Made by a program: the position numbers and the translations under genes. From positions 1-28,047 of the forward strand of contig CBDEUM010000020.1 in NCBI GenBank assembly GCA_965242925.1: a stretch of DNA of 28,047 nt. The letters are read 5' to 3'. Position 1 is the first letter of the stretch; each line of letters begins with the position of its first letter. Below the pieces are notes generated by a model that saw only the letters and a program-made list of their open reading frames with translations, had not been told where the DNA came from and did no database searches. Source of the DNA: Roseibacillus sp. Its GTDB lineage: Bacteria; Verrucomicrobiota; Verrucomicrobiia; Verrucomicrobiales; Akkermansiaceae. Below, piece after piece: positions 28,011 to 28,047 of the stretch.

Positions 28011-28047
28011 ATGCTGAAGCCAAAACTGTTCATTCCCGGGCCGGTCG
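28011..28047 (+). CDS. 5' fragment of a probable class V PLP aminotransferase (alanine-glyoxylate/serine-pyruvate type)
   Basis: ATG 28011 gives MLKPKLFIPGPV; LxxPGP is the typical N-terminal motif of the family. Only 12 codons are visible. Confidence 0.55.
   Translation, partial: MLKPKLFIPGPV

Overview
GC-rich bacterial window, most likely Verrucomicrobiota (inferred from the PEP-CTERM gene, the Asp/Gly-rich surface protein and the gene content). Housekeeping genes lie on both flanks: proC, bamD-like, lptE-like, rsmI, a TIM-barrel protein, DUF72 and ilvB-ilvN on the left; carA, purA, uppS, an NtrC-type regulator, upp, a frameshifted TPR gene and a partial class V aminotransferase on the right. 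Between them is an accessory block of exported proteins (about 9.0-19.7 kb). The main finding is that two genes in this block, each split in two by the ORF track, are interrupted by a single in-frame TGA. Each TGA is followed by a predicted hairpin containing GCAGGTC, as in bacterial SECIS elements, so both are candidate unannotated selenoproteins. The first is a secreted 394-aa thioredoxin-like protein with an adjacent Cys-Sec (GHCU) motif resembling selenoprotein N (9072-10256, minus strand). The second is a 1164-aa FG-GAP/ASPIC-UnbV lipoprotein with a CPHC redoxin domain and TPRs (14671-18165, plus strand). They flank a PEP-CTERM protein and a 1104-aa surface protein, which share three copies of an unrecognised ~170-aa domain. 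No sel machinery genes lie in the window, so Sec decoding is inferred rather than shown.
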